Below, one piece after another: positions 1-14,300 of a stretch of 64,000 nt of DNA. Within the stretch, counting starts at the first letter, position 1. Every line of letters starts with the position of its first letter. The stretch comes from Phyllobates terribilis (Eukaryota). Under the pieces are notes generated by a model that worked only from the letters and a program-made list of their open reading frames with translations, ran no database searches and had not been told where the DNA came from. The stretch lies in the NCBI RefSeq assembly GCF_046119375.1, contig NW_027362771.1, positions 585,094,001 through 585,158,000 on the forward strand, given 5' to 3'. The translations under genes were made by a program, and so were the position numbers.

Positions 1-507
1 ATGAAAAGAAAAGACGCAGATGCCATCAGGGGAGAGCCTGTTCTCCTTTTCCCGTCCAGTGACCCCTGACCATTGTCACAGCTTTACACACAGCTCAGCA
101 TTCTGAGCTCTGCTAGACCTGCAGCAGAGAAAACGGTGATTGTATTACAACTGCTGCACCCAGTAAACTTAGTGACACATCGCTGGAATCAGAGTCTCTG
201 CGTCTACACCATTCTGCTGTCATATTACATAGCCAAAGCTATTGATTGATTCCCTTAAACTAAAAATGGCCCTATTGTATTTGATAGTGGGTTTTGTGAA
301 CTAACAGCCCCTTTAGGTTTCTTTGGTGGCTGATGTGAATGATGGCCAATGCCGGGGAATTAGCAGATTATTATAATCTGCCGTTAGTTATTTACGCTTC
401 CTCCTATCTTCCGTCTCATGGATTACTTTTGTCCTTTAGTTTTCCTGCCCTCGGTGTAGATGCACAGATAGGAACGTTCAGGGACTTTGCCCACCCTGAT
501 TATCACC

Positions 508-3500
508 ATGGCAAGTGCTCGGGAGGCAGAGTCTGATAACGACTCTGATGGGGAAACAGGAGAAGACCCTGAAAGACAAGCAATGGATTATGTCTCAAGG
601 GTCCTAAGTACCGTGACGCTACAAGACAAAGCCAGGCGACAGCCGCACACTCTGCCTGTGGAAGCCCAGGATGGGATCCAGCATGGCGGCCTGGATCTGA
701 AGAAGTCTCCTGTATCGGGGGAGGACGTAGAGGTGACGTCGCTGCTGTTACTTCTTCCCCTGGAGCTTATTTTGCACATTCTGTCGTTTCTGGAAGCACG
801 GTTCATCCTCGGTGTCCTCCCCCTGGTGTGCCGCATGCTCCGAGATATCGTGTCACAGAAGGTAACCTGGAGGCTGAGGGTTCAGAAGAAGATCAGCTCC
901 AGTTACCCCGTGGTGGAACGTGAGTTATAATCCTGCAATTCATTAACCTCTGCTAATACACAGACATCAGGACACACGGACCTCTCCTCCTCCTAATACA
1001 CAGACAATAGGACACACAGACCTCTCCTCCTCCTCCGACATCAGGAAACACAGACCTCTCCTCCTCCTCCGACATCAGGACACACAGACCTCTCCTCCTC
1101 CTCCTCCTCCTCCAACATCAGGACACACAGACCTCTCCTCCTCCTCCTCCTCCATCAGGACACACAGACCTCTCCTCCTCCTCCTCCTCCTCCGACATCA
1201 GGACACACAGACCTCTCCTCCTCCTCCGACATCAGGACACACAGACCTCTCCTCCTCCTCCGACATCAGGACACACAGACCTCTCCTCCTCCTCCGACAT
1301 CAGGACACACAGACCTCTCCTCCTCCTCCTCCTCCGACATTAGGACACACAGATCTCTCCTCCTCCGACATCAGGACACACAGATCTCTCCTCCTCCTCC
1401 TCCGACATCAGGACACACAGACCTCTCCTCCTCCTCCGACATCAGGACACACAGACCTCTCCTCCTCCTCCGACATCAGGACACACAGACCTCTCCTCCG
1501 ACATCAGGACACACAGACCTCTCCTCCTCCTCCTCCGACATCAGGACACACAGACCTCTCCTCCTCCGACATCAGGACACACAGACCTCTCCTCCTCCTC
1601 GGACATCAGGACACACAGACCTCTCCTCCTCCTCGGACATCAGGACACACAGACCTCTCCTCCTCCTCGGACATCAGGACACACAGACCTCTCCTCCTCC
1701 TCGGACATCAGGACTCACAGACCTCTCCTCCTCCTCGGACATCAGGACTCACAGACCTCTCCTCCTCCTCGGACATCAGGACTCACAGACCTCTCCTCCT
1801 CCTCGGACATCAGGACTCACAGACCTCTCCTCCTCGGACATCAGGACACACAGACCTCTCCTCCTCCTCCTCCGACATCAGGACACACAGACCTCTCCTC
1901 CTCCGACATCAGGTCACACAGACCTCTCCTCCTCCTCCTCCGACATCAGGACACACAGACCTCTCCTCCTCCGACATCAGGACACGCAAACCTCTCCTCC
2001 TCCGACATCAGGACACGTAAAAACCTTTCCTCCTCCTCCTTCTCCCCCGACATCAGGACACGTAAAAACCTTTCCTCCTCCTCCTCCCCCGACATCAGGA
2101 CACGTAAAAACCTTTCCTCCTCCTCCTCCTCCTCCTCCCCCGACATCAGGACACGTAAAAACCTTTCCTCCTCCTCCTCCCCCGACATCAGGACACGTAA
2201 AAACCTTTCCTCCTCCTCCTCCTCCTCCCCCGACATCAGGACACGTAAAAACCTTTCCTCCTCCTCCTCCTCCTCCCCCGACATCAGGACACGTAAAAAC
2301 CTTTCTTCCTCCTCCTCCTCCTCCCCCGACATCAGGACACGTAAAAACCTTTCCTCCTCCTCCGACATCAGGACACGTAAAAACCTTTCCTCCTCCTCCT
2401 CCTCCTCCTCCTCCGACATCAGGACACGTAAAAACCTCTCCTCCTCCTCCTCCTCCTCCTCCTCCTCCCACATCAGGACACGTAAAAACCTCCCCTCCTC
2501 CTCCTCCTCCTCCTCCTCCTCCTCCTCTCACATCAGGACACGTAAAAACCTCTCCTCCTCCTCCTCCTCCTCCCCCGACATCAGGACACGTAAAAACCTC
2601 TCCTCCTCTTCCTCCTCCTCCGACATCAAGACACGTAAAAACCTCTCCTCCTCCGACATCAAGACACACAGACCTCTCCTCCTCAGACATCAAGACACAC
2701 AGACCTCTCCTCCTCCTCCTCAGACATCAAGACACACAGACCCTTCCTCCTCCTCAGACATCAAGAAACACAGACCCTTCCTCCTCCTCCTCCTCAGACA
2801 TCAAGACACACAGACCTCTCCTCCTCCTCCTCCTCAGACATCAAGACACACAGACCTCTCCTCCTCCTCCTCCTCAGACATCAAGACACACAGACCCTTC
2901 CTCCTCCTCCTCCTCCTCCGACATCAAGACACACAGACCTCTCCTCCTCCGACATCAGGACACACAGACCTCTCCTCCTCCAACATCAGGACACGCAGAC
3001 CCCTCCTCCTCCTCCTCCATCAGGACACGTAAAAACCTCTCCTCCTCCATCAGGACACGTAAAAACCTCTCCTCCTCCATCAGGACACGTAAAAACCTCT
3101 CCTCCTCCTCCGACATCAGGACGCGCAAACCTCTCCTCCTCCTCCGACATCAGGACACGCAAACCTCTCCTCCTCCGACATCAGGACACGTAAAAACCTC
3201 TCCTCCTCCGACATCAGGACACGTAAAAACCTCTAATCCTCCTCCTTCTCCTCCGACATCAGGACACGTAAAAACATCTCCTCCTCCTCCTCCTCCTCCT
3301 CCGACATCAGGACACGTAAAAACCTCTCCCCCTCCTCCGACATCAGGACACGTAAAAACCTCTCCTCCTCCTCCTCCGACATCAGGACACGCAAACCTCT
3401 CCTCCTCCTCCGACATCAGGACACGCAAACCTCTCCTCCTCCTCCTCCTCCTCCTCCGACATCAGGACACGTAAAAACCTCTCCTCCTCCGACATCAGGA

Positions 3501-6500
3501 CACGTAAAAACCTCTAATCCTCCTCCTCCTCCTCCTCCTCCTCCAACGACATCAGGACACGTAAAAACATCTCCTCCGACATCAAGACACACAGACCTCT
3601 CCTCCTCAGACATCAAGACACACAGACCTCTCCTCCTCCTCCTCAGACATCAAGACACACAGACCCTTCCTCCTCCTCCTACATCAGGACACACAGACCT
3701 CTCCTCCTCCGACATTAGGACACACAGACCCCTCCTCCTCCTCCGACATCAGGACACGTAAAAACATCTCCTCCTCCTCCTCCTCCTCCTCCTCCTCCTC
3801 CTCCTCCTCCTCTTCCTCCTCTTCCTCCTCCATCAGGACACGTAAAAACCTCTCCTCCTCCGACATCAGGACACGCAAACCTCTCCTCCTCCTCCTCCGA
3901 CATCAGGACACGCAAACCTCTCCTCCGACATCAGGACACGCAAACCTCTCCTCCTCCTCCTCCTCCATCAGGACACGTAAAAACCTCTCCTCCTCCGACA
4001 TCAGGACACGTAAAAACCTCTAATCCTCCTCCTCCTCCGACATCAGGACACGTAAAAACATCTCCTCCTCCTCCTCCGACATCAGGACACGTAAAAACCT
4101 CTCCCCCCTCCTCCTCCTCCGACATCAGGACACGTAAAAACCTCTCCCCCCTCCTCCGACATCAGGACACGTAAAAACCTCTCGACCTCTCCTCCTCAGA
4201 CATCAAGACACACAGACCTCTCCTCCTCCTCCTCAGATATCAAGACACACTGACCCTTCCTCCTCCTCCTCCTACATCAGGACACACAGACCTCTCCTCC
4301 TCCGACATCAGGACACACAGACCCCTCCTCCTCCTCCGACATCAGGACACGTAAAAACCTCTCCTCCTCCATCAGGACACGTAAAAACCTCTCCTCCTCC
4401 TCCGACATCAGGACACGTAAACCTCTCCTCCTCCGACATCAGGACACGCAAACCACTCCTCCTCCTCCTCCTCTGACATCAGGACACGTAAAAACCTCTC
4501 CTCCTCCTCCTCCTCCTCTGACATCAGGACACGTAAAAACCTTTCCTCCTCCTCCTCCCCCGACATCAGGACACGTAAAAACCTTTCTTCCTCCTCCTCC
4601 TCCTCCCCCGACATCAGGACACGTAAAAACCTTTCCTCCTCCTCCTCCGACATCAGGACACGTAAAAACTTTTCCTCCTCCTCCTCCTCCCCCGACATCA
4701 GGACACGTAAAAACCTTTCCTCCTCCTCCTCCTCCGACATCAGGACACGTAAAAACCTCTCCTCCTCCTCCTCCTCCTCCTCCTCCTCCTCCTCCTCCCA
4801 CATCAGGACACGTAAAAACCTCCCCTCCTCCTCCTCCTCCTCCTCCTCCTCCTCCTCCTCTCACATCAGGACACGTAAAAACCTCTCCTCCTCCTCCTCC
4901 TCCCCCGACATCAGGACACGTAAAAACCTCTCCTCCTCTTCCTCCTCCTCCGACATCAAGACACGTAAAAACCTCTCCTCCTCCGACATCAAGACACACA
5001 GACCTCTCCTCCTCAGACATCAAGACACACAGACCTCTCCTCCTCCTCCTCCTCAGACATCAAGACACACAGACCCTTCCTCCTCCTCAGACATCAAGAC
5101 ACACAGACCCTTCCTCCTCCTCCTCCTCAGACATCAAGACACACAGACCTCTCCTCCTCCTCCTCCTCCTCAGACATCAAGACACACAGACCTCTCCTCC
5201 TCCTCCTCCTCAGACATCAAGACACACAGACCTCTCCTCCTCCTCCTCCTCAGACATCAAGACACACAGACCCTTCCTCCTCCTCCTCCTCCTCCGACAT
5301 CAAGACACACAGACCTCTCCTCCTCCGACATCAGGACACACAGACCTCTCCTCCTCCAACATCAGGACACGCAGACCCCTCCTCCTCCTCCTCCATCAGG
5401 ACACGTAAAAACCTCTCCTCCTCCATCAGGACACGTAAAAACCTCTCCTCCTCCATCAGGACACGTAAAAACCTCTCCTCCTCCTCCGACATCAGGACGC
5501 GCAAACCTCTCCTCCTCCTCCGACATCAGGACACGCAAACCTCTCCTCCTCCGACATCAGGACACGTAAAAACCTCTCCTCCTCCGACATCAGGACACGT
5601 AAAAACCTCTAATCCTCCTCCTTCTCCTCCGACATCAGGACACGTAAAAACATCTCCTCCTCCTCCTCCTCCTCCGACATCAGGACACGTAAAAACCTCT
5701 CCCCCTCCTCCGACATCAGGACACGTAAAAACCTCTCCTCCTCCTCCTCCGACATCAGGACACGCAAACCTCTCCTCCTCCTCCGACATCAGGACACGCA
5801 AACCTCTCCTCCTCCGACATCAGGACACGCAAACCTCTCCTCCTCCTCCTCCTCCTCCTCCGACATCAGGACACGTAAAAACCTCTCCTCCGACATCAGG
5901 ACACGTAAAAACCTCTAATCCTCCTCCTCCGACGACGACGACATCAGGACACGTAAAAACATCTCCGACGACATCAAGACACACAGACCTCTCCTCCTCA
6001 GACATCAAGACACACAGACCTCTCCTCCTCCTCCTCAGACATCAAGACACACAGACCCTTCCTCCTCCTCCTACATCAGGACACACAGACCTCTCCTCCT
6101 CCGACATTAGGACACACAGACCCCTCCTCCTCCTCCGACATCAGGACACGTAAAAACATCTCCTCCTCCTCCTCCTCCTCCTCCTCCTCCTCCTCCTCCT
6201 CCTCTTCCTCCTCTTCCTCCTCCATCAGGACACGTAAAAACCTCTCCTCCTCCGACATCAGGACACGCAAACCTCTCCTCCTCCTCCTCCGACATCAGGA
6301 CACGCAAACCTCTCCTCCGACATCAGGACACGCAAACCTCTCCTCCTCCTCCTCCTCCATCAGGACACGTAAAAACCTCTCCTCCTCCGACATCAGGACA
6401 CGTAAAAACCTCTAATCCTCCTCCTCCTCCGACATCAGGACACGTAAAAACATCTCCTCCTCCGACATCAGGACACGTAAAAACCTCTCCCCCTCCTCCT

Positions 6501-8267
6501 CCTCCGACATCAGGACATGTAAAAACCTCTCCCCCCTCCTCCGACATCAGGACACGTAAAAACCTCTCCCCCTCCTCCTCCTCCGACATCAAGACACACA
6601 GACCTCTCCTCCTCAGACATCAAGACACACAGACCTCTCCTCCTCCTCCTCAGATATCAAGACACACTGACCCTTCCTCCTCCTCCTCCTACATCAGGAC
6701 ACACAGACCTCTCCTCCTCCGACATCAGGACACACAGACCCCTCCTCCTCCTCCGACATCAGGACACGTAAAAACCTCTCCTCCTCCATCAGGACACGTA
6801 AAAACCTCTCCTCCTCCTCCGACATCAGGACACGTAAACCTCTCCTCCTCCGACATCAGGACACGCAAACCACTCCTCCTCCTCCTCCTCTGACATCAGG
6901 ACACGTAAAAACCTCTCCTCCTCCTCCTCCTCTGACATCAGGACACGTAAAAACCTCTCCTCCTCCTCCTCCTCCTCCTCCTCCTCCGACATCAGGACAC
7001 GTAAAAACCTCTCCTCCGACATCAGGACACGTAAAAACCTCTCCTCCGACATCAGGACACGTAAAAACCTCTCCTCCGACATCAGGACACGTAAAAACCT
7101 CTCCTCCTCCTCCTCCTCCTCCTCCTCCTCCGACATCAGGACACGCAAACCACTCCTCCTCCTCCGACATCAGGACACGTAAAAACCTCTAATCCTCCTC
7201 CTCCTCCGACATCAGGACACGCAAACCACTACTCCTCCGACATCAGGACACGTAAAAACCTCTCCTCCTCCTCCTCCGACATCAGGACACGTAAAAACCT
7301 CTAATCCTCCTCCTCCTCCGACATCAGGACACGTAAAAACCTCTCCTCCTCCTCTGACATCAGGACACATAAAAACATCTCCTCCTCCTCTGACATCAGG
7401 ACACATAAAAACATCTCCTCCTCCTCCGAATTCAGGACACGTAAAAACCCCTCCTCCTCCGAATTTAGGACACGTAAAAACCTCTCCTCCTCCGACATCA
7501 GGACACGTAAAAACCTCTCCCCCTCCTCCTCCGACATCAGGACACGTAAAAACCTCTAATCCTCCTCCTCCTCCGACATCAGGACACGTAAAAACATCTC
7601 CTCCTCCGACATCAAGACACGTAAAAACCCCTCCTCCTCCTCCTCCTCCGACATCAGGACACGTAAAAACATCTCCTCCTCCTCCGACATCAGGACACGT
7701 AAAAACCTCTCCCCCCTCCTCCTCCTCCTCCGACATCAGGACACGTAAAAGCCTCTCCTCCTCCTCCGACATCAGGACACGTAAAAGCCTCTCCTCCTCC
7801 GACATCAGGACACGTGAAAACATCTCCTCCTCCTCCGACATCAGGACACGTAAAAACCCCTCCTCCTCCTCCTCCTCCTCCTCCTCCGACATCAGGACAC
7901 GTAAAAACATCTCCTCCTCCTCCGACATCAGGACACGTAAAAACCTCTCCCCCCTCCTCCTCCTCCTCCGACATCAGGACACGTAAAAACCTCTCCTCCT
8001 CCTAATACACAGACATATTTGTTCCCTCCCTTTTCTTCATCCTTTCACAGAAGAGAACTTGGATTGGCCAGCTGCCTGTATAGAGCTGGAGGAGCAGCTC
8101 TCCCATTGGTCAGATAATGGGACGCTAGAACATTTCTCATTGGCTGACGGCCATTACGCCCCGGTGGACGCGGTTCTCCTGTTACAGGTGTGTCCGTCTG
8201 TCCTTCCCCTCGGATCTGTGTGCTCCTGTACCTGTAGCTCCTTTCTAATGTCCATAAAATACACATG

Positions 8268-8324
<57 letters not shown>

Positions 8325-11300
8325 TCCCGGTGCTGGACCTCCACAGTGGTCCCCGGTGCTGGACCTCCACAGTGGTCCCTGGTGCTGGACCTCCACAGTA
8401 GTCCCCGGTGCTGGACCTCCACAGTGGTCCCCGGTGCTGGACCTCCACAGTGGTCCCCGGTGCTGGACCTCCACAGTGGTCCCCGGTACACGCTCTCACC
8501 TGCTCGCACAGGTCGTCTTTCTTCATTTTCATGATCGTTCGGCTTTCTTCTACTTCTCTCCTCAGGATGGCTCTCTGTGTGTGTCTGGGTCTCGGGACAG
8601 GAATGTCTGCCTCTGGAATCTACAAAACCTGGGAAAAGACCAAGAGAAGGTCTCCGTGAAGCCCTTAGGGAAAGACAAGACCGGCACACACAAGGTATGG
8701 ACAGTGCAGTTCACTACTGTTACACCAGAGGACGCTACGAGAGTCACAATAGGTGTAAGATCATACCTGCAGCACTAGGTTGGCAGCTGCTAGGGGCCCC
8801 TGCCCTGGCCTTGGTGGAGCTGGGCCCCATAGTTACGTGTGTTGTCATTCCTCATAGGGCTGGGCCTGGTCGCTTGCCTCCTGTGAGGATCGGGTCTGCT
8901 CCGGGTCCTGGGACAGCACCATGAAGATCTGGGATATTGGGGCTGAAGGTCAACTGCTTCAGGATATCAAGTAAGACCCCCTTGAAATGAGAATCTCCCT
9001 GTCCTGTTATTTCAGACTGTCAGATAACGTTTCACTACTCCTCATAATTAAAATGTAAGAGAAACTTTTTAGTATGTAGTAGCTGCTGGAGATTGTGGGG
9101 TCTGGGTCATGAGACCCCCTATGGACATTCGAGCTGTGAAGTGCTCAGGCTATGCAGTGTATGGGCTCAGTGGACACTCTGTGGATGTGTACACTGCTCC
9201 TTCACAGGCGCCACTGCGTGCACGCTCGTTCATAGGCGCCGCTTCGTGCACGCTCGTTCATAGGTGCCGCTGCGTGCACGCTCCTTCCCAGGCGCCGCTT
9301 CGTGCACGCTCCTTCACCGGCGCCGCTGCGTGCACTCTCCTTCACCGGCGCCGCTGCGTGCACTCTCCTTCACAGGCGCCGCTGCGTGCACTCTCCTTCA
9401 CAGGCGCAGCACTTCTATCTCTTGTATTAAACAATGTATGCAGTATCAAGACTCAAGACCCCCACCAATCAACCATGATGAACGGGGGGCTACATCACTA
9501 CATCATAGGAAAAAGTCTTTCATGTTTAGTTCTATGTACACAGCTGCACTGTCCACAAAGGTTCACATACTTTTCATACTAAAAATTGGTAGAGAGGAGA
9601 GCCGCCAGCCAGCACACTCCAGTCCTCAGTAATAGTTAGCGACGTTTCGCCAGGAGCGCCTCGCTAGGGTCTCCAGATTATTCTTTTTTTTGTAGTGTTC
9701 TTTGTAGTTTTAAAGCCTTAAAGGGATTTTGTCTTTATGCCGAATGTTTAAAATTGCAAAGTGCTTGTAAAAACAAAACAAAGGGCAATTTTTCAATTTA
9801 TTTCTTACTAAAAGAAAAACAAATATCTCTATTCTTCAGAATGGAAGAATTTTTAATTGTAATGTGTCCTACGTTCTGCTTTGGTCACCTAGACCTGCTC
9901 GGTTATGGACTCTGCTATAGAGCTTGTATGTACTGCTGCTGGAGTTGGGCAGATCCTGCGATCCGGACTGCCGAAGGGCCCCTGCTCTGCTCTGGTGCTG
10001 CCTCTGTTTGCCACATTGGGAAGGGTGTAGTTTTGGGCCAGTGCCCCTGTGGCAACCATGCTGCTTGGCCATAAGTGTCAATATTTAGGAGCGCACTGCC
10101 TCCAGCAAGCAAGAAGACCGGAGGCAGAGGAGCGGTGCGCTCCTGAACATCGGATCATGAGAATATCCGTCTAATACAATATTAACTTTGGATGTACATT
10201 CAGATTCAGTAGACGGTGCAGAAGCCCTCTAGTGCAAGGCGACCGTCCTGTGAGCCGGATATAATAACCTCAGGATGGCCAGCTGGTGACTGCTGGGACT
10301 GTCAGTGATGGCATCAGTAGGATCAAGCTGCATATTACATCTATAAACTGAGCCATGTTCCTCCATGACCCAGGGCAGGTCCACAAGACGTGTTTCTGCT
10401 CATTCATCCTTACACACATGCTCATTTGTATATGATACCGTCCGTCCTCTTTATGTGTATTAGGGGCTTCAGGATTACCCCCTCTCTGAAATAATTAGTC
10501 AGGGTCACGAGTTTGATCACCTCCGATCCTGTGCTCACAGGAGATGAGGCTCGGATCACACTACTGATTGGTGTCCAGCTTTTCTGTTCCATAATGTGAA
10601 CTCCTGCAAGAAACCCATGCATATGATGGATACTAATGGCACCGGACAGACCCCACTGAGTGTGTCGGGGGGGTGTTTGCATAGCTCAGTCCCAGCAGAT
10701 TTAGATTGAATCCACCATTGATGTGCAGATAAATATCTAACATGGAAGCACGGTCCCTGCATCACCCCCGATGACTGGAAGAGAGCGGCTGCAGGGATAA
10801 CAGAACTTCATTTTCTTCCTGTAGCCGCTGCTATAGTCAGGATGTAAATGCTATAACAAGATATTGGTGACTTACAATGACAGAATCCATGTTATCTCGC
10901 CCTTGTCTCTATACAGGGGGCGAGCTGCAATCCTTTGCCTGGCGTACCTGCCGGACATCCTGGTGGCTGGATCCTACGATAAGAGAGTGAGTGTGTATGA
11001 CCCAAGAGGTGAGATACCGTGTGGGGGAATGGTTACCTGGCCCTGCGCCGCCCTGATTACAGCCCTCTCATTGCCATATACAGTATTCTATAGATTTATT
11101 GTACTACCTAAAGGTCCGGTGACTTTTTCTACCAATTCTCTTTTCAGCTTCTTCGCCATTGATAAAGTCTCGCAAGATCCATTCCAGCCCGGTGTTATCG
11201 CTTGCTGCCGACGACCGTCACATCGTGTCTGGGAGTGAGGACAGGACCTTGGTTGTGTTTGACCGCAGGGTTAATGCTGTTTTACAGAGAATACAGGTGG

Positions 11301-14300
11301 GATTATAGTGTCATTCCCCATCTGCTTCCTAGAAAGTGATTCCACTTGTCCAGCACCTTAATGTGCAGGGTGGGCCATTTATATGGGTACACCTAAATTA
11401 CATGGGAATGCTTGGTGACATCAACTTCCTGTTTGTGGCACATTAGTATATGGGAGGGGGAAAACTTTTCCAGATGGCTGGTGACCATGGCGGCCATTTT
11501 GAAGTCGGCCATTTTGGATCTAACTTTATTTTTTTTCAGGCTATAACTTCTGGGATCAGAGATGACTCTGATCCCAGCATTTTAACCCCTGGGATGCCAT
11601 CGTCAATAGCTCCAGCAGCATCCAAGCAGTTAGGCATATAGGACTGACTCCCTCTATTTTCCCCAGTGAATTAAAAAAAAAACTGATCACAAAGGTACAA
11701 TTGGGGGAGGAAGGTTGATCTTGATGGAGCTAAGTCTTTATTCAACCTGTGTTACTATGATACATGTGCCCCAAAATGGCACCAACCAAGCAAACATGGC
11801 TGCATCGGTGCAAAAATAAAGAAAAAGTCATGGATCTCAGAATATGGCACAAACTAATGTTCTTTCTTTCCTTTTTTATTTTGATACATGACTATATAAA
11901 TTGCTGTGATTGCGGTGACCCTCACCCGAGACCGCAGGGAACGCTTTAAAAAATGTAATAAAAAAAAAATGGATTTTTTTTAAATATATCTTTCACCACA
12001 TTCTACATTTAATTACAGTAAATAATCCTATTAAAAAATGTGACTTCTCAAGTCAACATGTAAACCAAATGCGGGGGTGAAAAACTGAAAGTTGGTTGCA
12101 TATTAAACAGAAATTGTGGTTAAAAAAAATACCTCTCTATAGTAAGTATTGGGCCTGAATCACACATGCAGTTTATGATGGGGTTTTTTTTCTTCTTTTT
12201 TTTTGAAGCCAGAAGTGGATCCAGCAGGAAAAAGGAAAAAATGACATTTTTTAATTCTTCCCAAATTCATTCTTCTTGGACTTTTATATTATTTTTATTT
12301 TTTTTAAAGCCAGAAATGGATCTAGCAAGGAGAATAAATAATTATTTTATACTTTCCATTCCTTCTAAATTCAGTCTTTTTTGGAGGTAATTAAAGAAGG
12401 AATAGGAAAGATAAAATACTTTTTTTTTATTATTCTTATTCTTGCTGGATCCACTTCTGGCTGTAAATAAAAAAAAACCTAAAAAACCCCAAACATATGC
12501 CCAGCAATGTGAAAATGACTCGCGTAGGTTCCGTCATAAGTCATCCAAAATAACAGAGAAATGCTTCAGGGGAAAACATTGCGAACATTTTCCTAAAGTG
12601 CCTTCTGCTTAGAAAACTACGGTGTACAAAAGACGCCATGTGCCCGTATAGAGATGCAGCGGGGGCTAATCACTTCTTCTTTCTCGCCACCTCAGCTGGA
12701 GAACTACCTCTTCTGCATGTCCTATGAAGCTCCACAGCTATGGGCCGGAGACAACCAAGGCCTGATCCACGTGTACGGGAGCCACGGAGGGACATTCCAG
12801 CACCTGCGGGTACAGAACATTGCAGTTTGCTATCAGTTATCTGCATCCAAAAAGTACAGTGCCATCTGTGCCATAGATGCAGACGCGGGTATGAACCCAT
12901 GCCCCAAGTATTGCTTAAACCAGGAGGGAAAGCAGCCGCTGAGTCTGCACACAGCTGAAGTGTTAGGTAGCGTCAGTATATGGCACATAGTGATTGTATA
13001 TCCTATATATAACCCTATTATTACCAACCTCGTTTTCTTCCCCTTCTTTCTAATCTCTCCTCTTATTCTCTTTATTTCTTCGAAAAAACCTATAAATGAA
13101 CATCCGACAAAGAGGCCATATATATTCGATTGAAAACACCTTTATTATAACAAATTAGGGTATATGGTGACAAAGAAAATGAGCATACACATGATAAAGA
13201 TATCTTATTAAAATATTAATTATTTGTATGCACACAGGACGCCAGAGTAATGACACCACTTCATTTCAGCATAACTAACACTGCTACATCTAACCTGCTA
13301 CAGTGGCAGTATGTCAGTGTCAATGACTATGCAACTTATACTCAATTAGAGCACCATCCCAAGTATAACCAGCGGTGTATGGACATAACTATTCTTTCAT
13401 ATCAAGGAAGGACGCACCGAAACGCGCGTCGGGGTGAGCATTACACGCGCAGCAGGAACATTCAGTCTGGAGCCACCACTATATGTGGACATTCCAACCA
13501 GCAGGTATGAGGACACTTAACCACATACATGTATATAACGCTGAATATTTATTATAACCCAGCAAAAATTAGTGGCTAATGATATGAAATATATATGGCC
13601 TCTTTGTCGGATGTTCATTTATAGGTTTTTTCATTTATTGCCGATTGGTCAATCCAATCTAGTCAGCAGAGATACATAATTTACGATGTGGATGTTTAGG
13701 ACCATTAATATTATACATAAATCTAAATGTGTATCATCTGCTTGCTCTTTGCATCCTTTTAATTCTTTTTTTCTTCGGCCCATTCCGCTCAGTGTTTTGA
13801 CGTAGGTCATGCATCCCAAGTCACAGGTATCTGGCATTCGGCAGGTGCGCTGTACACCACGTCCACGGATAAGACCATGAAGGTAGGGGCTCGGGGAGTT
13901 CTATATGACGCCGTATTCTCGCTGCAGGTGAATGGATCCTGACGCCGCTTTCTGTTTCCAGGTTCACATTCCTACTGATCCGCCCAGGACGCTGAGCACA
14001 CAGACGCATAGCAACGTAGTCAATGGGGTAAGAACGTCACACCGACCGACCGAGAACTGATCAGCAGAATGCGACCTTCTTACCCCCGCTCCATTCATTC
14101 TCGCTCTTTGCTTTTTCTAGCAGCGCCGTAGAGAATGAACAGAGCGGTGATTGGGGGTCCAATCTGTCACTTCATTCCTTGTCATGGATACAAATACTCC
14201 GTTCTGCCGATTGGTGCAGGTCCCAGCTGTCGGACCCCCATCAATCATCACATAAAGGCCTATCACTAGGAAAGGCGATAACTTGTATTCACTTGACAGC

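Noticed and set aside
339-536. 65-aa ORF upstream of FBXW9
   Set aside because: No homology recognised; overlaps a polypyrimidine tract and acceptor (~459) and the FBXW9 start in another frame
1946-8005. Poly-Glu/Gly ORFs ([21 protein letters not shown])
   Set aside because: Artefacts of the intronic (CCT)n-containing satellite; variable unit length breaks frames
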